From the human T2T-CHM13v2.0 reference genome, Homo sapiens: a stretch of DNA of 64,000 bases. Below, piece by piece: positions 32,332 to 47,650 of the stretch (the stretch's first letter is position 1; every line of letters starts with the position of its first letter). The notes beneath the pieces are model-generated. The model worked only from the letters and a program-made list of their open reading frames with translations. It was not told the DNA's origin and ran no database searches. Location of the stretch: NCBI RefSeq assembly GCF_009914755.1, contig NC_060930.1, one strand, 5' to 3'. A program made the position numbers and the translations under genes.

Positions 32332-32715
32332 TAATCAGTTTTTCACCAGGAAGACTGCTTTTCCTCCTACAGACTCTTTCTCTTGTGTGTCTAAATGATA
32401 AATATAGTTCTACATTTACCCTGTGGAATTGATCTCTTCATCATCAGAGTAATTAACATATTTTAACTTGAGTGTATATTTGCTTTTCTTTGGCTTTGGT
32501 TCTCAACTTGAGGAAAGATAGATCTGGGAAATTCTGTTTTAGTAGTTCTTCATTTCAGTACTTATGTGTGTAGAAGTTATTCTAGTGACTTGAATTTTTT
32601 GTGTGTTTATACAGCCTTGGTCTGATTCATGGGTAGTTAACCTAAAAAGGGGAGGGAATATCAATAAGAGAAAGGAAAGAGTAATAAGAGAAAAAAATGC
32701 TATTATAACACAGCC

Positions 32716-32910
32716 TTTATTTTTTATGTTTTTAATTAGAATTTTTATTTTAGATTCAGGTTGTATATGTGGAGGTTTGTTGCAAGGGTGTATTGCATGT
32801 GTTTGAGCTTCTGTTGATCTTGGCACCAGATAATGAACATAGTACCCAGTAGGAAGGCTTGCAGCCTTTGCTGTCTCCCTCCCTGCTTTTGGAGTCCCCG
32901 TGTCTGTTCT
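32716..32910 (-). mobile_element. Short 5'-truncated L1 3' end (L1PB/late L1PA-type)
   Basis: T-rich tail, then tagattcaggttgtatatgtggaggtttgttgcaagggtgtattgcatg...catagtacccagtagg...ggagtcccc. Confidence 0.8.
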
Positions 32911-33457
32911 CATCTTCAGAGGATATGAACTGGGGTTTATGTTGGTTCACTAAATGTATAAATCCTAAGATGTACCTGCATATAATAAAAATAGGGAACA
33001 TTCTATAAGAAAGCTGTGAGAGAAATCTCAAATACCAGCATAATAAAGGGGCTTGATTTCGTAGCTTTTTTTCTTGGATTCCATGTAGTCATGTTTTATT
33101 TTAGAAGAGAAAGAATCCAGGAAGCAGGACCAATGAAAGGGTCAGAAATGAGATCTCTAAGCAAACTTAGGATGGAAAATTATAAAGGTCTGAGGATTCA
33201 TAAAGAACCTGACCCACTGAAAACACAGTCCAAGAAGCTTTAGAGTGAGACAGATGGAAAATGAATGAGTGAATGAATGGATGAATGAAAAAATGAATTA
33301 GAAAAAGGGAAAATGAAGGCAGGAAAAAATTGAGCTTCCTTACAGAATGTTCTCTAATATTTTTATTATATGCAGGTACATCTTAGGATATATACATTTA
33401 GTGAACCAACATAAACCCCAGTTCATATCCTCTGAAGATGAGAACAGACACTGGGGA
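32895..33457. repeat. Inverted repeat: arms 32895-33015 and 33333-33457, 317-bp spacer
   Basis: Manual alignment shows 4 substitutions and 2 indels over ~125 bp. Confidence 0.95.
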
Positions 33458-36329
33458 ACACACTATACTAACAGTCATTTATTTTTTCTGGGATTTTTTT
33501 GTTTGCTTTTTATAACATTATGGAAAATTTTAAATACTCACAAAAGAGAATAGTCCAGTGAAGCTCCATTTCACAGACAATTCTTAGTCACTCATGATAC
33601 TAGGATCTTGAGAAACCGAAGTTCCCTGTTAATTTAAAATAATTATTTTATTTAGGTTCAGCATCTCTTTATTGAACTTATTACGAGTCCTTAATGACCT
33701 TCTAAGTCAGGATCATGGAGCACAGAAAGGAGAAGCTGTGGGCTGGCCTAAAAAATAATCCACAAACATGCTGTTTATACCCTGGATAACCAGAGGTTGA
33801 AAGTGTGACTTTTGTGGTTTGTTTTGCGTTCTTAAGCCAAAACTATTAGACTATTGCATGTGAAAGAAAACGAAATTCTGAACCTCTTCAGCTAAGAAGG
33901 CAAAATCATCAAAATTCTGAGGCTAAGACAGTTTCTGTGGCTTTTCAAAACTTGTGTGGCCCAAAGGGGCCATAAATAACTTTTATGGTATAAATCCCTT
34001 AAAGAACATTCTTGGTTTCTCAGGAATTCCTGCCATTCTTACAGTCACAAAGCTTCATTTTGGCTGGGAAGATGTTTGAGCTTGAGTTTTCTGTTCAGTA
34101 CTGCCTCCAGGAAGTACTAAACTGTGGAGACGTGGACTATGCTGTGGGCTTCTTATAACAGGTGAAATGAACAGATTTGAGGTGAATGATTCTTTTGTCT
34201 CCACCTCATAATTCAACTTTTCACCAAAATCTGCCGTATTCCTTCTGATCTCTGGCCTACGTTTTATAAACACCTTTTCCTTCTGGTATTACATGCAGAG
34301 CACAAAAAAGTTAAAATATATTTCCATGATTATTTTAAGCTTGAGAATAGCAAAATTGTAGCCCCCATAGGATGCACTGGCAGTGCATTCATATAATATC
34401 ACACTGCCCCTCCTAGAGAAAACTCACAATGGTGATCTCTCCATTTTCTGTGTGGCTAAGTAGCGGGTAGGGATGCGGGCCCATCCATAAACCCGACCTC
34501 CTGCTTATTTTAAGAGTTTCATCAGCATCTCAAGATGAGTCAATATTAGAAGGATAGATAGTCCCATTGACTGTATGCTTCAGAATATAATCAGCGCAGC
34601 CCCTTATAGGCCGAGGCTGCTGCCATGTATGTGCTGGTCTGAATGCAGCAAGCAGCATAGCACTGCAGCCCAGGTGGCTGGTGCATGCCTGGTTAACCAA
34701 GGCAGCACTTGCAGCACTCACAGCAGTCAGCCAGTGGCAGAGATCCAGCCATGTGGCTCCTTCTGGGCTGTAGAGATGAGAATCACAGACAACCAAGATG
34801 CAAAATCCCGAAGTCATTATTCCTCTGAGTGGAGCCCGCATCTGGAATGCACCTTTTCCAGCAGGGAGTAGTTTATAGGTCATATAATGTCATTTCAGTC
34901 ATGCAGATATCTAGCAAGAAAAAGTATCAACAATGATATATCTTTATCTATATGATCACTTAAGTACTTTTTGTTCAAAATTTAATGGTACTTGTATTCT
35001 GGACTTTACTGGTGAAATTTTTATGATGTTGTTTATTGAAAAACAGTAGTATCATCTGAAATCTTTCATTAGACACCCAGACTTCCATGGTGATTTGCTA
35101 GGCATAGCATAATTCAAATAAAAATTTCATTATCTTCAAAGACCACTTTTAGAAACTATAATAGAACACCTATCTGGCACTGGGTGGATACCGTAATACA
35201 GAGAAGCAAATCTTCTAGGTTAGAATATAATTCTGATACAGAATATGTAGAACAAAGATTATAACTTTTTATATTCATGGCATACTTCAAATATTGGAAC
35301 TTTTGGCAACATGCAACACTAATAATAGACTCAAAGCAACACCATTAAGACAAAGTCACTGCTATGATGTAACAGTGTCTCACAGGGTCTGTAAGAAGAA
35401 CCCTCAGGAATAATGCTGTTTGATGTCTGACTTAAACTGTGCATTGTCCTTTACCCTCTGACATATAGAGCAAAAATGATTACGTTTCTCTAAACATGTG
35501 ACCTTGCTTTGGCACAGACTTGACATCTTACTCAACTTCTTTCCTCTAACTTTGCAAGTTTCACTCCTTACATCCCAGGTTATCCATGCCTCTACACTCA
35601 GCATTTCCTCTGATAGACCTTCCTGTAGCAAAGAAGCATGAATAGCCCATACAGGGCTCCCAATCAAGATGGTATACTGAGTTCACACTCTCTTGACCCC
35701 AAATATATTGTAATGATTGATAGAATATAAAAAGAGGAAATCCAAAGGATTTACCAGCTTTATTATAAAATAAGAACATCCTCATGCATGGAGGAATTCC
35801 TGAGTGGTGAGCAATGATGAATCCACAGGCCAGCTGGGCTCTGGTCCAGAATCCAGTAGTGGCAGCCAGAAATAGGACAAGGTCAAGGAGACTAGAAGTG
35901 TCCTGGCCAACAAGAGGGCCAGACCAGGCTCAGTGCTTTAAACCAAGGCATGGGGTGAGAAGCCACACTTCCCCTCACTTTCCAAGTAAAGGAAGTTAAA
36001 CGTAGCAACTGCTCATCTTCTGCCTGGAACTATGCCCTTATAAGAGGCTAGAGATATACAGAGGTGGAAAAACAAAACCACAAACTCACAAGTAAGAAGT
36101 GAACCAAACTATTTGCTCCTTTGTAAGCAAATGTGTAATATTCTCATTGCTCTCATAAGATGGGAAGTAAAACTAAGACCTGATTCTGGACTCAGGACCC
36201 GGGAGTCCGGATGGTAGAAGCCACAAAACCACTAGAATAAGACAGAGGGTGAGAAGGAGGAAGAAAGAGAGACAGGGAGAGGAGAGAGGCAGCAGAGAGA
36301 GGAAGAAGACGGAGACAGATTATGAATCT

Positions 36330-37510
<1,181 letters not shown>

Positions 37511-38282
37511 AAAGATGAATTATGGGGGAAATTAAGGTACAAGGGCATAAAAAGCAACAGTGAACAGAGCTGTTGAGTAAAACAATGTTAGTAAAATGAG
37601 TTGAATATTAAGTGTTAAAAGTTGTTTGTATGTTAAAAAAAGATTACAATTAGGCAACTTTAAAAAGGTGAGTGGTGTTTAATGGATAAAGTTGCTAAAA
37701 TTCATCTCCGATTTGGAGGAATATAAGAAAACCAAATTACTTCATGCTTTATTAGAAAAAATTTAATCAAGTTTGAATGTTAAAAAAAATTTAATGACTT
37801 TTCCATTTACTTATCTTTCTCATCATCTATTTACAAATGAATTTTTAAAATTCTTTGCCCTTCCTCAGACTCTCTCAGTAATGAAAGTATCTTAAGCTCC
37901 TTTGTTATTTTTATTTTCTTAAATTGTAAGAGTCATCCATGTGTTTGAAAAAAAATCTTACAATGTTAAAAAAAAATGTAAGGGTAAAATGTAATCCTTA
38001 GATTCTAAAGCAGTAGAGGACAGGGAAGGGATATTATTAAAAACTCTATTAAACCAACAGAAGACATGAAAAGAAAAAAGATGCAGGAAAAAAAGAATAG
38101 CAAATTTTAAAAAACGCAATGTAAGGTGCAGAAATTAAGTATTTTAATCTCACTAAAAGTAAATGATTAAATTAATTTATTAAAAATAGAAAGGTTCATT
38201 TACTAAAAGTAGAGGCTGAAAATAATGAGACTGGAGAGAGTTACCAGTTAAAAACTAAATAAATTTAGTGTAGGAATAATAA

Positions 38283-38627
<345 letters not shown>

Positions 38628-40644
38628 TAATATAAGGCAAAGGCATTAATTTTAAAAAATCATAAAAATAATGAGAACTACCAAGAAGATATTCTATATA
38701 AGTATTAGCATAGTTACATATTATAAACTACAAATAAAGGAAAATCAATCCAGTTATTCATTGGTCGCTTAAAGCCAGAGTGCTTACTGTGATGCCTTAT
38801 GTACAGTAGATGCCTTAATTCATAATGTAATTAAAGAATCTTGGCATTCATTGGTTGGAGATTCCAGCTTGAATTGTTGAAACACAATGAGTGAATCATT
38901 TTGAACTACCCTAAATTAAGAATCTCTGAAATAAAATTGCAGTAGACCATATCGTGGCATGATAGAACTATGGCCAATGGAACTATGCCTTTATACAAGG
39001 CCTTTAAACTGTATTAGAATAGTATGGTTGAAAACTTAAAGTTAGAATCCCAAATGAAGTTTACCTTGCATTTCATTTCTAATCAATGGCATTAAAGATA
39101 ATAATAGCTCTCTCCCACCCCTTTTTCCTCAGTATTCAACTAACCACTGGATTCAGTCCTTATAATTTATGATTATGTAAAATTTATGCCCCAAAATTTT
39201 TGCCAAAATATTTTAACGTCATTTTGATGTCCAATTTGGTAAAAAACAAAACAAAAAAAAAAAACATTAAGGCACCTAGTAGTTTTATAAATAATTCCCA
39301 ATGGGGCTAACCTCTGCTGAAAGACATTCTTTGTGCTAAGGTTTCTGACATCATAGACAGAAGGAAAATGATTGTTAGCCAAAAACACTATAATGGTGAG
39401 AATTAGTGACTGATAATGTATTCCACTTTTACCTTCGAAAATGTTTGTACAAAACTGGGTTGGGCCCAGTGGTTTTGCACTAAAATCTGTAGACTTTTAT
39501 TCGCCTAATAAAATGACCACATAACCTGGCAAAATTCTGCGTATTTGGCAGCTCTTCCTGCCCCGGAGGCTGGAAGAGCATTGAATCTGCAGGTGTGGCT
39601 TTTAGAAGGTTCAGAGAGTGGAATTAGGGAAGCCAGCCCAGCACCCCACCTGTGTGCCTTCCTGAGGGCCAGGCTGGCGTCCCCAGCATTTAATAGACGC
39701 GCAGGGCCTCTATTCATTCCCAATAGATAATGACAACCAAAATAATCAAGGAATTGACACGCTTTGCTGGAAATGCCTGATAATGACATTATAGACCGAA
39801 TTACAGCAACTTAAATTTCTTTCTAGCAAATGATGCCATGTTTTTTAAAAGATACTTTTGGCACTTAGAAAATAGATCATAGTATTTAATGCTATTGAAT
39901 ATAGTATTTAATGTATTTAATATAATATTGAATATAGTATTTAATAGAACATAGTATTTAATGCTATTGTACACACGAAAAACCTACTCTTCCCCTTGTT
40001 AACTTGGATGAGGTAGCTCCCTCTTTTCTTTGAAGGTAAAGTGGGCAGAGGAATAGAATTGTCAACAGCTGGACTGCAGAAGGGAGAGGAAGAAGAAAAA
40101 GGTTTTCTCACATTTTTGTTTTTTCCACAAGGTGCTCTTTAATCTTGGGAGCCAGCAGTCATGACCCAGTTATTGAGATCAGACTTCCTGGACCTGCTTA
40201 TATAGAGAAGTGGGGAGCAGTGTAAGAGCCGGATGTCCACACTGAGGCAGACAGAACAGAGAGTGGTAGTGGGCAAGTTGAAGCAGCAATGACATGATGA
40301 AGGGCCCATGGTGCCCCAGGAAGGGGCCCCAAATCCAGGAGTAGGTAACATAAAAGTTCACGCTAATAACCGGACCTGGTGACTGGCTTGATATTCACAA
40401 GCAAGACTCTATTCCACTGGAGGTAGTACCTAGTGAAAGCAAATCAGACCACACTCTTATAGAATCTAGATGAACCAGGAGTACTGAGCAAGCTTGTAAG
40501 ACAGAGGCTCAGATACAGGCAGCAAAACATGGCTTCAGTTAAGAAATGGAGAACCAGGTGGGCCCGAATCTCAGAAACAAGGAAGAAGTAAATGGGCAGA
40601 ACTAGGGCACAGGAATAGGGTCATGCTAGCTGATCACGTGCCTT

Positions 40645-40863
40645 TTGTGTGTGTGAGAGAGACAGAGTGTCACTCTGTTGCCCAGGCCGGAATGCAGTGG
40701 TGCGATCACAGCTCACTGCAGCCTTGACCTCCAGGGTCAAGTGATCCTCCCATTTCAACCTCCTGAGTAGCTGGGACTACAGTAGGCATGAACCACTATA
40801 CCTCCAGCTGATTTTTTTTTTTTTAACTTTTTTGTAGAGACAACTTTTTGTTGCCCAGGCTGG
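40645..40863 (-). mobile_element. Partial AluJ
   Basis: gatcacagctcactgcagccttgacctcc; left arm truncated. Confidence 0.85.
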
Positions 40864-41898
40864 TGATCAGATGTCTTGAGTCTCAGCATGCTGGCCTAGA
40901 GCAATGATTCTCAGATCTAGAACCTTTGTATCAAATGAAGCCTTACAGAGAACCCAATATGTAAACCCAGGCGAAGCAGAGCTCTTCTGGCTTGGGTAGG
41001 GCAGGAGGTCTTGGAGCCCTGCCCATCCAGCACCTCCCCAACAGACCCTCTGTGTATGTTGACGTTTCCTTTTACTGGGAACTCCTTACATCCCTCTCTT
41101 CTGGGTCCAGGATCAGCCATAGAATTGGAGAGGGTTGAGCGGCCCTGGCTGTAGAGGAAAGAAGACTCCAGAAGCTGGAGAAGAATTCGGGATCTGACAG
41201 GAAGTTCAAGGTGACCTCTGGGAGCCTTCTGAGAAGAAAAAGGGCATGCAACCTCAGCAGTGTCTCTCTGCCTCTCACCAAATTGACAGTGGGCCCGAAC
41301 TTTGCTCATTTAATGAGATAGAATTAGTAAAGTCTCCAGTGTACTTTTCATTCCTTCCACAAGCTTTTACCGAATAAAATGATTGGTACTCAGTAAAGGT
41401 TAGTCCCTTCCTTCTTCTCTCCCTCCCTCTCTCCACCACCATTAGACCTCATTTCTTAAAGGACTGATTTCCACTAAAATGCAAGTATTTCTTGGAAGCA
41501 CATTGAGCTTGATAACTTATTTATTTATTCTTCTGTGTGCATTAATTTATGAACTCATTTCCACCAGACACCTAGCTGAGAGCCATGTTTGATGGATGGG
41601 AATCAGAGAAGAAAGCCAGAGAGAGCCCCAGATGACTGAGGGATGAAAGGCCCTCAAGAGACTGGGGAAAGGCAGTAATGACAAGGTTCACACTAACACA
41701 ATCACACCCAGGACAGCGGCAGATTTGAAGAGGGAGCAGTGCAGACCTGAGGGTGGCTGAAGAGGGTTGCCTCAAGGAGGGTCCCCACTGTGGCCAAAGA
41801 GGTCCTTGTAACTAACTGAAAACAATTGGACAGGACCACCACCTGCAGTCCACTCACAGTGGGCGTTTCTTGCACTCATCCTATACCATATTTTGTGA

Positions 41899-42632
41899 AT
41901 TTTATTTTAAGTTCCAGGATACCTGTGCAGGACGTGCAGTTTTGTTACATAGGGAAACATGTGCCATGGTGGTTTGCTGCACCCATCAACCCATCACCTA
42001 GGTATTAAGCCCAACATGCATTAGCTATTTATCTTGATGCTCTCCCTCCCCCAACCCCACTGACACGCCCCAGTATGTGTTCCCCTCCCTATGTCCATGT
42101 GTTCTCATTGTTCAGCTCCCACTTATAAGTGAGAACATGTAGTGTTTGGTTTTCTGTTCCTGTGTTAATTTGTTAGTTTGCTGTTAGGATAGTGGCTTCC
42201 AGCTTTATCCATGTCCCTGCAAAGGACATGATCTTGTTCCTTTTTATGGCTGTATAGTATTCCATGGTATATATGTACCATATTTTCTTTATCCAGTCTA
42301 TCACCAATGGGCATTTGGGCTGATTCTGTGTCCTTGCTATTATGAATAGTGCTGCAGTGAACATTTGCATGCATATATCTTTATAGTAAAATGATTTATC
42401 TTCCTTTGAGTATATACCCAGTAACGGGATTGCTGGGTCAAATGGTATTTCTGGTTGTAGATCTTTGAGGAATCACCACACTGTCTTCCACAATGGTTGA
42501 ACTAATTTACATTCCCACCAACAGTGCAAAATGTTCCTATTTCTCCACAGCCTCGCCAGCAACTGTTGTTTCTTGACTTTTTAATAATCGCCATTCTGAC
42601 TGGTGTGAGATGGTATATCATTGTGGTTTTTA
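41899..42632 (-). mobile_element. L1PA (roughly PA7-8) 3' end
   Basis: ttttaagttccaggatacctgtgcaggacgtgcag...ccattctgactggtgtgagatggtatatcattgtggtttt. Confidence 0.92.
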
Positions 42633-42900
42633 TTTCTATGCCATAAATATTGAACTGATCTTCCATTTTGCATTTTTCCCACTTTCCATAACCACAGAGT
42701 CAACATCGTCTCTGTCTTGGTATGTTATGCTCATTTATTATCTTCTGTCTGTAGTTGACAGGTTTTTCTGAATGATTTTAGGAACTTCAAGTTCCAGTAG
42801 AGAGAATGAATGAATGACTTCTCTTAACTGGACTTCTATCACAAAATCATGGCTAACTTCATGCATTCAACTACTGTTTTTTAAACATTCCAAAAAGTGA

Positions 42901-43529
<629 letters not shown>

Positions 43530-45366
43530 TCCAGGCAAACATTTAAGACAGGGGGTTTTTTTTTGGCTGTAAGAAAGAGATGCCAATCTGTCCCTACTCC
43601 TAAGGAGCAAAGGAGCCTGAAAAACCAAGAGGCCAGTTGCTTCCTCTTGCTGTCTTACATTTTTGTATTTCATTTTTCTTTCTAAGGTGCAGTGAGAGCC
43701 CAGATCTATTTGTTTAGTCTGTTTCTTCCCATGTTGCTCATACTCACAAATTTCTATTTAAACTTGCCTCCTGGCTTCTTTAAGAGATAAACTGTTGCTG
43801 CAGTACGGTTAGGGTAAGGAAATTACCTTACTTAACAGCTGGTAAGTCACCAGCTGTTGCTGCTGGTTATGGTGCCTTGCTGTGCAGTCCGTGAGCTAAC
43901 TTATTTAGTGAGAGATTTTCCTGCCAATTTGCTATAGCCTTGAGGGAGAAAAACTGAAATCTCCCACAGAGGCAGGAATTTATTTTGCAAAAAATGAGGC
44001 ATTTTTAATATTTGTAGACATTTTAACATGTGAAAATGTTGCATTAATGTTTGAGTCAAAAGATAAGATTCCATTTTGAAGTTACAGGGATTTGCAATCA
44101 GTATTTCTAAGGTCTTAGATGTTTGCCATTAAGTTTTCCTTTGCATTGATTTTATTTCCGTTTCTCCATCTGTACATGATTCATGGTGTATGTGCTTGAG
44201 GTGGGTGGAACTCGCCCTTGTTGGACAATTTTCAGCATAAGAAGGCAAGTGGGCAGCACTTAATTCTCTCCTAACCCTTAAGATGATAATAAGGACATGT
44301 TAAAGGGTGAGACACGCAACAGTGAGCAGAAAAACAAGGTTGAAACCCTTGTACCTGGGAGAAGGCATACAATGTTGGTAACTGATAAAGTTGGGCCAGG
44401 AAGCCACAGTCTAGAGTGCATTTGGAGGAGAAAATACAGCGGAATAAGACTCCAGGTTTATTTGGAAATGCCAGGGACGATGGATAAAGCAAGAGGCTGA
44501 CAGCAGAAGGATGAACTGGAGATGTCTATATGGAAGAGAAGCCCTTTATTTCATCCCTACCTGGGAAAGCCCAGCACCCAGCAGCCGTCTATTGGGTGAA
44601 AAATTGATTCATTCCCAAAGTATTTGAATGTTTCCTGAGAAAAGACCTCCCAACCTGGCCATTAAATAATCACCAGCAGGATGGTGCAGCCCACTGGTTA
44701 TAAACGCTACCAATGTCAGCACAGCTCTCCATCAGTTTTTCCTGACTCATCATTAAATATGAATGGACAAGAAAACATCCATAGCTATTTGAAGAAAGAC
44801 TGCACCTTAAAAGACAGGGGCTAAAATAAGCAAATGGAAACAATAATCCTAAGGGAGACAAATTTCAGGAAAAAGAATAAAGCTTTAAGAGGGAGCTTTA
44901 CTTAGTTTCCTCAGAGAGATTGGAGAAAATGTTGCATCCATACATAGAGCAGGATGCTGTAAGAAGAAAATCAGCATGCATCAAGAAAGAACGCTTAGAC
45001 ATTAAAATATGATTGTCATGATCAAAAATTCAGTGGAAGGACATGGAAGATCAAAAAATCTCTTAGAAGAGCAAAAAGACAGAGTAAGAAAAGATGAAAG
45101 AGTAACGATTATAAAAGATCATTCAAGTTTCAAAAGCCAATTGGAAAACTAGAATTAAAGAATGCAGAAAATGAAGGAGAGAAGATTATTTAAACACATA
45201 CACACACACACAGAAACCAATATCTTAAGCCTGAAAGACATGAGTCCCCAGATTAAAAGGGCCTGCTAAGTGTTCAGCACAATGCTAGGTCTACCATGTG
45301 AGATTTCAGAAAATCAGGGTTAGAGAGAGAAATGTTAAAGAGCACACAATCTTCTCTGATGTTAAA

Positions 45367-45392
<26 letters not shown>
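45367..45392. repeat. (AC)n microsatellite
   Basis: Read directly. Confidence 0.95.
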
Positions 45393-45397
<5 letters not shown>

Positions 45398-46422
45398 CAG
45401 ACACACATCACCTGCAAGTTATTGAGAACATTATTAGCAACAAATTCCTTGTAAGCTAGAAAACAGCAAAGCAAAAAGTTACTTGAGGAATTACTTCAGC
45501 AAAACGAGGGAGTAAAACAAGCAAGTCAGACATAGAATCCAGCTAAATGGGATTCTTAACCTCTGAGGGACACAACTGAGAGGCAGAGAGGCATAGAACA
45601 AGAGACAGTTGCTTTCATTATACCTTTTTTCTTTTTTTTTTTTGACATGTACATATTACTTTGACAAACATTTTTGAATTTTTTTCAATAGCACATATAC
45701 ATCAAATAAGATTTTAAGACCAAAATAGAAAAAGGGGAAAATCCTTTATTCTACCATCTTAGATCCAATCATTTAAATTTTTTTAAATTTATTTTCTTCC
45801 CATCTATCTTTAAAATATAAGTTTTTTTAAAAAAAAAACTAGGGTTGTAGTCATATTATATATATATAATTTTATCCCGACTTTCTCAGATAAGCATTTT
45901 TCCTATAGTTACATATTCTTTGTAAACATTTTAAATGACTGCAGTTATTTACAATGACATGTACTACAAGTTCCCTAATCTCTATAACTGAATTGGAATG
46001 TAACTATGATAAATATTTTGTTATAGAAATAGAAGCAACCAGTTTGTCTGTTAGCCAGTTTGACTCCATCAGGATGTGTTATTTTTATTTGGTTAGGCTC
46101 CACGTGTTTTCCAGACTCTCTGTGAGACCATTGTAGTTGTGGGCTCCACATCTCTGAAAAGCATCAAAACCCCTTGAACCTCAAAGACCGCGGTTCCTTG
46201 TTTGAGTGACACTGTGTTAACCAGAAGAAGTGCAGGGATATTTCTGGGGGAGAGGCACTACAGCTTCCACAGGGTCCTGCCCACAGGCATCTCAAATGCT
46301 TAGTAAACTTTGCTGTAGTTCATTGAAAAGAGCCTACCAAAAATCTAATGAAAACTGAGCTGGATACTAGATTGGTCTTCATCTTATAATGGAACATTTC
46401 AGCATAAAACTGTGACTATTTC

Positions 46423-46735
46423 GGCCGGGTCCAGTGGCTCATGCCTGTAGTCTCAGCACTTTGGGAGGCTGAGGCGGGCAGATCACGAGGTCAGGAGTTC
46501 AAGACCAGCCTGACCAACATGGTGAAAACCTATCTCTACTAAAAATACAAAAATTAGCCGGGTGTGGTGACACGTGCCTGTAATCCCAACTACTCAGGAG
46601 GCTGAGGCAGGAGAATCGCTTAATCTGGGAGGCAGAGGTTGCAGTGAGCCGAGATCGCGCCGCTGCACTGCAGCCTGGGAGACAGAGCAAGACTCCGTCT
46701 CAACCAAAAAAAAAAAAAAAAAAAAAAAAAAACAA
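46423..46735 (+). mobile_element. AluSg-type
   Basis: gatcacgaggtcaggagttcaagaccagcc; TSD aaaactgtgactattt. Confidence 0.93.
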
Positions 46736-46929
46736 AAAACTGTGACTATTTATTTGTCTTTAGTTCAATGCAATAGAAACTGGAAACTCACACTCTTGGA
46801 ATCCAAATGAATGACTTCAAAAAATGTTTGGTCTCTTGTGTCCGTAAGTGTTTCAGTTTCAGAATTTAAGAGCTCCACTGGACTAGCGCTCCCAATGAGT
46901 AAGGATATTCGCTAAAATAAATGTAGATA

Positions 46930-47340
46930 TGCCGCCATAAAAATGAATGAGATCCTGTCATTTGCAATGACGTGGAGGTCATGTTGAATGGAACTGGAGG
47001 TCATTATGTTAAATGAAATAAGTCAGGTACAGAAAGACAAATTTTGCAAGTTCTCATTTATTTGTGGGAGCTAAAAATTAAGATAATTGAACTCATGGAG
47101 ATAGAGTAGAAGATTGGTTGCCAGAGACTGGAAAGGGTAATGGCGGTGGCGGGGAGAAGTGGGGAGGATTAAGGGGTACAAAAACATAGTTGGACAGAAT
47201 TAATAAGACCTAGTATTTGCTAGCACAACAGTGTGACTCTGGTCAAAAATAATTTAATTGTCCATTTTAAAATAATTAAAAGTATATAATTGGATTGTTT
47301 GTAATACAAAGAATAAATGTTTGAGGTGATAGATAACCCC
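46930..47340 (+). mobile_element. L1MA 3' fragment
   Basis: gccataaaaatgaatgagatcctgtcatttgcaa...gaattaataagacctagtatttgctagcacaacag...aataaatgtttgaggtgat. Confidence 0.85.
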
Positions 47341-47384
47341 CAAAAAAGCATGTATGCTGACAATTCCAAAGACATTTCTATTTT

Positions 47385-47650
47385 TGGGGGAGGCCAAGGA
47401 GGGTGGATCCCCTGAGGTCAGGAGTTCGAGACCAGCCTGGCTAACATGGCAAAACGCTGTCTCTACTAAAAATACAAAAACTAGCCGGGTGTGGGTGGCA
47501 TGTGCCTGTAGTTCCAGCTACTCAGGAGGCTGAGGCAGGAGAATTGCTTGAACCTGGGAGGCAGAGGTTACAGCGAGCCGAGATCGTGCCACTGCACTCC
47601 AGCCTGGGCGACAGAGCGAGACTTCATCTCAAAAAACAAACAAACAAAAA
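47385..47650 (+). mobile_element. 5'-truncated AluS
   Basis: Starts gggaggccaagg; approximate TSD aaag(a/g)cattt. Confidence 0.9.

Noticed and set aside
32895-33457. Inverted repeat as a MITE or DNA transposon with long terminal repeats
   Set aside because: No flanking direct TSD (TA or 8-bp) at the arm ends and no recognisable terminal-repeat family; the left end merges with L1 sequence.
32756-33553. Two ORFs sharing IFIICRYILG.IHLVNQHKPQFISSEDENRH (apparent paralogous peptides)
   Set aside because: A by-product of the DNA inverted repeat; no splice or homology support for coding.
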